Below, in pieces: positions 54,516-64,000 of a stretch of DNA of 64,000 bases (the first letter of the stretch is position 1; each line of letters begins with the position of its first letter). The position numbers and the translations under genes are program-made. The DNA lies in NCBI GenBank assembly GCA_002269645.1, contig NIVC01000625.1:124001-188000 (forward strand). The letters are read 5' to 3'. The notes below the pieces were generated by a model. That model ran no database searches and was not told the DNA's origin. It was given only the letters and a program-made list of their open reading frames with translations. The DNA comes from Macrostomum lignano. Its lineage: Eukaryota.

Positions 54516-56551
54516 ATGCGGCGCTCAGTCTCTGGCTGCCTCCTCTTCATCAGCCTGGTTCAGCAGCTGCCAACAGCTCAAAGCAACTTTGGTAAGCATG
54601 GCTGACTGCGTGTCCGCGGGAAGCTCCCTATTCTAGAGTCTGATCTCAGGGAGAGATCCTAATCTTGGAGAATCCAATCTCAAAAAGAGATCCTAATCTT
54701 GGAGAATCCAATCTCGGGAGAGATCCTAATCTTGGAGAATCCAATCTCAAAAAGAGATCCTAATCTTGGAGAATCCAATCTCGGGAGAGATCCTAATCTT
54801 GGAGAATCCAATCTCAGGGAGAGATCCTAATCTTGGAGAATCCAATCTCAGGGAGAGATCCTAATCTTGGAGAATCCAATCTCAGGAAGAGATCATAATC
54901 TTGGAGAATCCAATCTCAGGGAGAGATCCTAATCTTGGAGAATCCAATCTCAGGGAGAGATCCTAATCTTGGAGAATCCAATCTCAGGAAGAGATCATAA
55001 TCTTGGAGAATCCAATCTCAGGAAGAGATCCCAATCTTGGAGAATCCAATCTCAGGGAGAGATCCTAATCTTGGAGAATCCAATCTAAAAAGAGATCCCA
55101 ATCTTGGAGAATCCAATCTCAAAAAGTGATCCCAATCTTGGAGAATCCAATCTCAGGGAGAGATCCTAATCTTGGAGAATCCAATCTCAGGGAGAGATCC
55201 TAATCTTGGAGAATCCAATCTCAGGGAGAGATCCTAATCTTGAAGAATCCAATCTCAGGAAGAGATCCCAATCTTGGAGAATCCAATCTCAAAAAGAGAT
55301 CCCAATCTTGGAGAATCCAATCTCAGGGAGAGATCCTAATCTTGGAGAATCCAATCTCAGGAAGAGACCCCAATCTTGGAGAATCCAATCTCAAACAGAG
55401 ATCCCAATCTTGGAGAATCCAATCTCAGGAAGAGATCATAATCTTGGAGAATCCAATCTCAGGAAGAGATCCTAATCTTGGAGAATCCAATCTCAAAAAG
55501 AGATCCCAATCTTGGAGAATCCAATCTCAAAAAGAGATCCCAATCTTGGAGAATCCAATCTCAAAAAGAGATCCCAATCTTGGAGAATCCAATCTCAGGG
55601 AGAGATCCCAATCTTGGAGAATCCAATCTCAGGGAGAGATCATAATCTTGGAGAATCCAATCTCAGGAAGAGATCCTAATCTTGGAGAATCCAATCTCAA
55701 AAAGAGATCCCAATCTTGGAGAATCCAATCTCAAAAGAGATCCCAATCTTGGAGAATCCAATCTCAGGGAGAGATCCTAATCTTGGAGAATCCAATCTCA
55801 AAAAGAGATCCCAATCTTGGAGAATCCAATCTCAAAAAGAGATCCCAATCTTGGAGAATCCAATCTCAAAAAGAGATCCCAATCTTGGAGAATCCAATCT
55901 CAGGGAGAGATCCCAATCTTGGAGAATCCAATCTCAGGGAGAGATCATAATCTTGGAGAATCCAATCTCAGGAAGAGATCCTAATCTTGGAGAATCCAAT
56001 CTCAAAAGAGATCCCAATCTTGGAGAATCCAATCTCAGGAAGAGATCCTAATCTTGGAGAATCCAATCTCAGGGAGAGATCATAATCTTGGAGACTCCTA
56101 ATCTTGGAGAATCCATATCCCACTTATTGAAACCAATCTCTCGAAAAATCCTGATCATTAATTAGCATAATTAGCATAATTAGCATACTACAAAAAAATG
56201 AAAAGCTGAAGCTCCGCAACTGCAGTCAGAAACGCCCCCTGCGGCGAGGTGGACCTGCAGGACCAGTACCGCAGCCTGAGTTACGCCCGCCTGACCAGCC
56301 TCTGTCCGGCCAAGCAGTTCTGCTGCTACCCGGCCGGAGGCAGCCAGGTGGCCACCTGCTGCGACGATTGCACCCGGGAGGTGGACTTCAACCCCACGGT
56401 GCAGCCGAGCGACTGTCTGAGTGGCCAGCGGAAATGGTCGATGGTGCTGATCACCCTGCTGCCGGTGCTCACCGCCCTGCTGCCCGGCATGGTGGCAGTG
56501 ACTGCCGTGCTCATTCTGAGCATGGTCAGCAGGAACAGGGTGGACCTTTGA
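54516..56551 (+). CDS. Small type I membrane protein, 133 aa: signal peptide, 8-Cys ectodomain, one TM helix, short tail
   Basis: Exon 54516-54591 (MRRSVSGCLLFISLVQQLPTAQSNF, donor G|GTAAGC) joins in phase 1 to ctgcag|56226-56551. Cys pattern C-C-CC-CC-C-C, hydrophobic segment MVLITLLPVLTALLPGMVAVTAVLILSMV, tail SRNRVDL. Confidence 0.75.
54642..56115. repeat. 34-bp minisatellite (GAGATCCTAATCTTGGAGAATCCAATCTCAGGGA) in the intron of the small membrane-protein gene
   Basis: About 43 units; the unit is quasi-palindromic. Confidence 0.95.
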
Positions 56552-57551
56552 GCTGGCGAGTTCGTCTGGCATCTGAAATTGCACTCGTGATTTAAAATAA
56601 TTCGATTTCCACAGTTTTCAATCACATACCGATTATCGCTGTTTTTGCTAATATTTCTACTTATAGTAAAGTAGTTTGCGTTCACCGACGCTTCACGATT
56701 CTGCGAGTGCGGCCATATTTATTACATGCAGAGGAAGCAGGCAGGCAGAGGCAGGAAAAGCGGCAGAGTGTCGGCGTAGCGGGCTGTGGGACAAGTTAAT
56801 TAATAATTCATCTCATTATTTTAGCATACCGACATTTGACACGTGTGTGATATGGGGTTCTCGCATGGCCGGCCGCCAGCAATTTCTGGAAAAGCAATCT
56901 GCTTCTGCAATTGCATTACATATGCACTTGGAGTGCTAATTCATTAATGAGAGACATGGCCGTTAATCAGATTCAGAGTTGAGTCTGAACTTTAACAATC
57001 AACTTACGAATCGATCAGTTGGATTAGGGGAGCCCTACATTTAAACACATTACATGTACAATGTAGGCACCCAAATGTGTATAGAATTAACGCATTCACT
57101 ATATTAAGTTACCGTGCCGTTATAAAATGCATAGAATGGTTTCTTTGAAGGCAATTGCATCGCTAATATAAATACACGTAAACAAGCGCCCGTGTTGCGC
57201 CCTGATATACAACAGTAAAATTTTAATGCTGCTTGGAACATTTAATCTGAACAGAAGCTATGTGCATCTAAATTGACGTAAAACAATTTTTACGTAAAAA
57301 GACGTAAAACTTGCGCCCCTCACAAGCCTTTCTGTCCGGCCTTCCGCCGGTCCCCTCAAGGGAGTGTCTATTCTTGTTATTTAAATTCTCAAATAAATTT
57401 AGCAATACAATGCAATAGACATCTACGTAGGATTATTGCAGACTTAGCACACTGACTTTAAAAGTACAGATCGACGATTCTTTTAACCTGTCCTTATAAC
57501 TTCGAAAAGTACATTATCCTATCTACGATGAACAGCAAGCGAAATACTATA

Positions 57552-58158
57552 CTGTCCGTCAAAAGTTCCGGAACCCTTAATTGCTACGATGTCTTCTAGC
57601 GGACATAATTTCAGTCCGTTTCAATTGTAACTTGATTCAAATGAAAGCTGCGGATCTCAGCTCCATGATGTGGTCAAGAAAAAGTTTATTCGAAGGAGCG
57701 CGTGTGAACAGGCCAGTGTTATGTACATAAAGGTTAGAGAAAAAAAGTGAGGAAAAGACAAACAAGCAATTGTTTTTTACTCTTTTTTACTCTCCCATGA
57801 AAGCTGACTGCACAAGAATCCATAAGAGCCTGTTGATTTCAACACAAGTTTTGGCCATAGACTAATGTTAGCCAGGCTGAACACTGCGCGCAAACCGATT
57901 CCTTCCCATGTGTGTTTGCTCCATAGACTCAGCAACCATAGACAATTGCTTGTTTGTCTTTTCCTCACTTTTTTTCTCTAACCTTTATGTACATAACACT
58001 GGCCTGTTCACACGCGCTCCTTCGAATAAACTTTTTCTTGACCACATCATGGAGCTGAGATCCGCAGCTTTCATTTGAATCAAGTTACAATTGAAACGGA
58101 CTGAAATTATGTCCGCTGAAGACATCGTAGCAAGGGTTCCGGAACTTTTGACGGACAG
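57552..58158. mobile_element. Tc1/mariner-type MITE, 607 bp, with TA target-site duplication
   Basis: TA|CTGTCCGTCAAAAGTTCCGGAAC...GTTCCGGAACTTTTGACGGACAG|TA. Inverted arms 57552-57773 and 57942-58158 are nearly perfect apart from two small indels. No transposase. Confidence 0.85.
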
Positions 58159-59968
58159 TATACATGCATGTTCACTGAATTGTTGACGCACAACAAATAA
58201 TTAAAAAAATCATTTAAATATTGTTATTCACAGCAAGAATTGTATCGAATGGGGCTTACATGTAACATGTGCCAGAAGTAATTTTCATTCAAAAAGTCCA
58301 TTTTGCATGCATCGATCATGTAACTGTACACTAGTAGTAGTAGTAGCTCGTACGTTTTTATTCAAACAAACAAAAACGTGTATGACGGAAGCTTTATTAA
58401 ACAAGTCCCCTCAAGGGGGCCAAGAGCTAGTCAATATACTAAAATGATTCAAAACCTAACCTAACAGAATATCCACAACTTTGACGCATTCCGTCCTCTT
58501 ACTTAGCATTGACCCAATTTCTATACCAATCTCTCCAATGTAAAAAATAAAAAACCACTGCACTGCTGCCTTGCCTTGGATTGCGAACTTTGGTGAATCG
58601 AAGAAGCCTCCATTTGCTTCCATGCCAGAAGGCAATCTGCTTTCGGACTCCCCCCGATTGAGCCCGTATGATTGCATTAGGACTGATAAGGGAGTGGCTA
58701 TGCTGACAAGCCGCTGCAGCCATAAAACTGCAGAATGCAGACTAACTGAGCTGCATATCTAATCAGCGGGCTTAGAGGGCCGACAGAGTTGAAAAATAAA
58801 CGGAGTCCACGTAGCAAAGGCGGCTGTCCCGGCGGTGGTGTCTTGCAATATAAAATCGGCCCGATAAAAGGTATTCGAGAGCGGCTCGCCCGCGCGCCTC
58901 CCCCCTGACAGAGGGGGACGCCGGGCGGCCCCGGCCTGCGGCAGTTTGTGGTTCAATATTTTTGTTGTATTTTTCTGGCCACACCAGCAGCGAGCCGGCG
59001 CGGCAATTCTGCCGATGAAATCTCAAATTAAAAACGCGACAGTGCAGAACAGCGGGGGCTGGGTGGGGGCTGCAGTTGTGTTAGCATTTGGTCTACAGAC
59101 AAAGGCAGTTAGATTACGGACTAATCCTTGACTGCTTAGCGCGAATAACAGTAGCTATAGCAGTAGAATAATAATAGTAGTAAAACTCGCTAAGCCGGGG
59201 CTCTACAGTCTAGTCTGAAAAAATGACCAACGTGAGCAAAAAGGGGGGTTCCAGAGGCCGGTGGACTCGCAGAATGTGTCTTCTTGCTTTAAAACAAGCC
59301 GCACACAAACAATGTATTGCAACGCAGAGAGATGAAGGAAAAAAGACAAACTGCATCTAAACAAAAGATGGACTAAAAATAAACAAGTGTGTATATATTA
59401 TTGCCAATGCGGACTGCTCCATTGCACAGTAAATATTAACTTAGATTTCGCTAGATGATGCCCAATATAGAGAGCTAAGGTGAAACACGACTAAAGATAA
59501 TAAAAATCTATGCAGGCTACAGCTTGATTTAAAAATCGGCTAAGGATAAGAGAGAGAGGGGGGAGACAGCGGGGCGGCGGCCTCACTGGCGGGGACGCTG
59601 AGGCACAACACAACAATCAAACACAAAAATGGATAGAGCAAGCAGACAGGCGGGATTAGAGCTACAGTAGTAATAGTAACAATAGTAGTAGTAATTATAA
59701 GTTGAATTATTGCAAAAACGAGTTCATTATTCCCAGTAGAGTTTGAGCCGGTCAGGTGTGAGACCCGATGGGGGAACAGCTTATATATATGCATATAAAA
59801 GACGATCAGTGCCAATGTTTTCCAAGTTCCTGCATCAGTTCAGCTTGTAATTAACGTAAAAGAAAAATTATTCTAATGATTTCTATGATTGCTAAATCCG
59901 TCCGCCAGCTCAGCTGCTAAGCGCAGGAGGTGCTCAAGCACGGGGGCTCAGCGCCAGGCATTCGCTGC

Positions 59969-60421
59969 TCAGTAGTAGGTCTCCCTCTCCAGCCAGTTGC
60001 CGGGCGGCAGGCGGCGCAGCAGAGTCTTGCGAATCTCGTCATAGGTGAAGATGGCCACCGAGAAGGGCAGGGCGGGCAGCCACCAGGTGAAGCGCATGGG
60101 CTGCATGCGCAGGGCCTTGTCCAGGCCCGGGCAGTAGGACATGAAGGCGGCCAGGGTGGTCTCGAAGAACAGGCCGAAGGTCATGTGGTGATTCCACATG
60201 CCCTGCTGGAAGATGGAGTTCTTGCGGGTCTTGCAGATCAGCAGGTCGGTCCACTGCACAATCACGATGCTGGCGAAGAAGGCCGTGTGGCAGGTGTACT
60301 CCAGGCGCTTGCGCTGGGCGTAGGTCTGCGGGCGGGGTGGGGCTCTGTGAGACTGACAGACAGACAGACAGACACTAAGACAGACAGACAGACAGACAGA
60401 CACTAAGACAGACAGACAGAC

Positions 60422-60466
<45 letters not shown>

Positions 60467-63400
60467 CTAAGACAGACAGACAGACGGATAGACAGACAGA
60501 CAGACAGACAGACACTAAGACAGACAGATAGACAGACAGACAGACACTAAGACAGACAGACAGACAGATAGACAGACAGACAGACACTAAGACAGACAGA
60601 CAGACAGACAGACAGATAGACAGACACAGACGAACAGGCTAGCGCAGACAGACAAGCGCAGACAGGCACTAACCCATTCCTGTCCATAGCTGTCCTCCAA
60701 GTCGTTGACCCCCTCGCTGTCCCACTCCTTGCGCAGGCCGAGCAGGCGGGAGGGCAGGAAGCCGTTCTCAGCCAGGATGACAAAGTACACGAAGAAGCCG
60801 CCGCTGGCCTGGATCATGCCGATCTGGCCGTAGGCCATGCTGATGAGGCGCTCGTTAACCAGATTGTCGTGCTGCGGGTCGCGCGGCCTCCTCTTCATGA
60901 TGTCGCTCTCGGCCTCCTCGTAGGCCAGGGAGATGGCGGGCACCATGTCGGTGCCGAGGTCGATGCACAGGATGGTGATGGTGCCGAGAGGCAGCGGCAC
61001 GTCGGCCAGGATGAACAGCAGGAAGGGCGAGATCTCCGGGATGTTGGAGGTCAGCGTGTAGGCGATGGACTTCTTCAGGTTGTCGAAGATGATGCGGCCC
61101 TCCTCTACGCCGGTAACAATGGACGCGAAGTTGTCGTCAAGGAGAATCATGTCGGCGGCCTGCTTGCTGACGTCGCTGCCGGCGATGCCCATGGCGACGC
61201 CGATGTCGGCCTTCTTTAGCGCCGGGGAGTCGTTGACACCGTCGCCCGTGACGGCCACGATGGCGCCCTGGCGCTGGCAGCCCTCCACGATGATGAGCTT
61301 CTGCTGCGGGCTGGTGCGGGCGAACACGATCTCCACGTGGTGGCGCAGGATTTCGTCAATCTGGGCCGGGGTCATGTCGCGCAGGTCGCTGCCGTGGACA
61401 ACGCAGGCCTGGGCCTCGCGGGGGTTCACCATGGACGGGTCCATGTTGCGATCCTTGGCGATGTCCTCGACGGTCTTGTTGGTCGGGCTGATGATGCCGA
61501 CGCCCTTGGCGATGGCCTTGGCGGTGATCGGGTGGTCGCCAGTCACCATGATGACCTGCGGCGGGCGGAGAGTCGGTGAGCCGTCATCAGCGAAGTACAA
61601 GATTCAGGAGTTGATGAGTCATCGGGATTCATGGGTCAGACGTCCCGAGTCCTGGGTCAGGATCCAATAGTCGTGGGTCACCAGGATCCAAGAGTCGTGG
61701 GTCACCAGGATCCAAGGGTCAGGATCAAAGAGTCGCGGGTCACCAGGATTCAAGGGTCAGGATCCACGAGTCACGGGTCAGCAGAATTTAAGGGTCAGGA
61801 TTCAAGAGTCACGGGTCAGCAGGATTCAAGGGTCAGGATTCAAGAGTCATGGGTCAGCAGGATTCAAAGGTCAGGATACAAGTCGCGGGTCAGCAGGATT
61901 CAAGGGTCAGGATACAAGAGTCGCGGATCAGGTATAGTGGGCCCAGCTTGACCCACCTTGATACCGGCGGAGCGGCACTTCTCCACAGCGTCGGGCACGG
62001 CGGCACGGGGCGGGTCGATCATGGACATGAGGCCCACGAAGCGCAGGTTCATGAGCGGGAAGTTCTGCTCCTCGGGGTCGAAGGCGAATCCGTCAGCGTA
62101 CTCCTCAGCGGGCAGGCGGAAGTCGCAGAATCCCAGCACCCGCTCGCCCATGCCGCCGAGCTCCTCGTAGGCGGTATTGAAGGCGCTCTTCCACTCGTCG
62201 TCCATGACGACGTCCTTGCCGTTGATGAGGATGTGTGAGCAGCGGTCCAGGATGCGCTCGGGGGCGCCCTTCATCACCAGCAGGAAACGCTTGTCTCCAT
62301 CGTCAGTCTTGTGGATGGACACCTGGTACTTGTTGGTGCTGTTGAAGGGCACTTCGCACACCTTGGTGTTCTTCTTGCGGTACTCGCTGACCCCGCCGAT
62401 GCTGAGCTCCACGCACTTGAGCAGGGCGCTCTCGGAAGCGTCGCCGTTGCACTCGCGCTTGAGCACGGGCTTGGACTCCTCGCCGGCCTTGAACTCGGCG
62501 CGGTTGCACAGCATGGCGCAGCGGCTCAGGGCGATCCACTCTGGCGATGACTTGTTGTACTCGGCCGTGTTCTGCTCTTCAGAGGTGTCCGCCTCCAGGA
62601 TGCGATTGTTGCACCACATGTGGGCCACGGTCATGCGGTTCTGCGTCAGGGTGCCTGGGTGAGGGAATGCGCGGGTTGGGCTCTGTGATGCTACTGTGAG
62701 TAGTGCAGGTCAATAGCTCAGCTTCAATACTGCAGCCAGATGAGGTGATAATGGTGTCTAAAGCCGGGGGAAAGGAGTTGGCAATCCAGAATCTGGTGCT
62801 GGGTCTCCATGGCTGAGGCGAACTAAAAAGGACACATGCGAGCCATCTGGCAAAACTCCCACACTAGCAAAACTATAATGTGGGCCTGAGTAGCCTCTCT
62901 CTTCTCCAGTGAGCAGCTTGTTAGCTCGTTATCGGAGGCCTCCGGGCCGGCGGTCGATGCCCAGGGAAGCCCGGCTCCCCTGCCGCACTTGCCGGCCAGG
63001 AGTCCCCCAGCTACCAACTCAGGCTGGAGTAGGGAGGGGGAATGGATAGATGGAATTAATCATGACATGGACTCGCCTGACTGACTGACACCCTGCAAGT
63101 GCGGAATCAGATAATCACCTCATTGACCTGCGCTCCCTCATCTGAGTCTCGCCTGACCACCGATTGAAAAAACCTGAGAAATCCTCATGACTGCAAATCC
63201 TGACACCCTCTTGACTGCAAATCCTGACACCCTCTTGACTGCAAATCCTGACACCCTCTTGACTACAAATCCTGACACCCTCTTGACTGCAAATCCTGAC
63301 ACCCTCTTGACTAAAAATCCTGACACCCTCTTGACTGCAAATCCTGACACCCTCTTGACTAAAAATCCTGACCGGACACAGTTTAGCTGACAAGCTGACA

Positions 63401-63822
63401 ACCCTGACTGACTGTCTGACAGCCCTAACACGCTTGCATACCAGTCTTGTCGGAGCAGATGGTGCTGGTCGATCCCAGAGTCTCCACAGCCTCCAGGTTC
63501 TTCACCAGGCAGTTCTTGGACGCCATCCGCTTGGCGGTGAGGGTCAGGCAGACGGTGACGGTGGCCAGGAGGCCCTCGGGCACGTTGGCCACGATGATGC
63601 CGATGAGGAAGATGACGGCTTCCAGCCAGTTGTACTGCAGGATGAAGGCGATGATGAAGAAGGACACGCCGAGGAAGACGGCCACCCCGGTGATGATGTG
63701 GATGAAGTGCTGGATCTCCCTGGCGATGGGGGTCTCGCCCATCTCCAGGCCCGATGCCAGGTTGGCGATGCGGCCCATAACGGTGTGGTCTCCGGTGCAG
63801 ATCACGATGCCCGTGCAGGCGC
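59969..63822 (-). CDS. ATP1A: Na+/K+-transporting ATPase alpha subunit, 3' part (5' exons lie beyond the window)
   Basis: Exons 63822-63442, 62654-61957, 61555-60674 and 60325-59969 join in phase. Motifs [19 protein letters not shown] (phosphorylated Asp), [53 protein letters not shown]; C-terminus ERETYY. Confidence 0.97.
60352..60665. repeat. (GACA)n microsatellite in the last Na/K-ATPase intron
   Basis: Directly visible. Confidence 0.95.
61640..61930. repeat. Degenerate CAGGATTCAAGGGT / CAGGATCCAAGAGT repeat in a Na/K-ATPase intron
   Basis: Variable-length units. Confidence 0.8.
63188..63372. repeat. 24-bp minisatellite (CTGCAAATCCTGACACCCTCTTGA) in a Na/K-ATPase intron
   Basis: About 7-8 units. 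Confidence 0.9.
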
Positions 63823-63879
63823 CTGAGCGGGGAGGGGCAGGGTGCGCGTTGACAGCACGGCTAGTATGCGAATCTGCTA

Positions 63880-64000
63880 CAGAACCTGCCAGACTACAGT
63901 ACGGAATCTGCCAGACTACAGTACAGAATCTGCCAGACTACAGTACAGAATCTGCCAAACTACAGTACAGAATCTGCCAAACTACAGTACAGAATCTGCC
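63880..64000. repeat. 22-bp minisatellite (AGAATCTGCCAGACTACAGTAC) in a Na/K-ATPase intron, truncated by the window end
   Basis: About 5 units visible. Confidence 0.85.

Overview
Eukaryotic (metazoan) genomic DNA: GC-rich exons with canonical GT-AG introns, AT-rich spacers and about 35 different tandem-repeat arrays. The style suggests a flatworm such as Macrostomum, but that is inference only. By reading splice sites and checking reading phase by hand I reconstruct nine protein-coding genes: (1) CRELD2-like, ending in KEEL; (2, 3) two ankyrin-repeat + death-fold-like paralogs on the minus strand; (4) a 3-exon ankyrin-like protein ending in a CaaX box; (5) an intronless coiled-coil/NHL protein; (6) a 17-exon copine; (7) a divergent TRPC-like channel; (8) a small Cys-rich type I membrane protein whose first exon the ORF track misses; (9) the 3' part of a Na+/K+-ATPase alpha subunit. 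There are also several non-autonomous DNA transposons (MITE or foldback type). Most long ORFs in the track are artefacts of translated minisatellites. Two signals stand out. First, the ankyrin pair shares an 867-nt core in which I see only two synonymous differences, while its degron (DSGxxS/T) and death-fold tails are strongly diverged, giving an IkB/p105-C-terminus-like architecture. Second, every reconstructed intron longer than about 340 nt carries a tandem array, mostly its own distinct one, and some arrays are built from gene-functional sequence (branch point, stop codon, CCAAT/GC boxes). All calls are manual; no database searches were run, and array boundaries and copy numbers are approximate.
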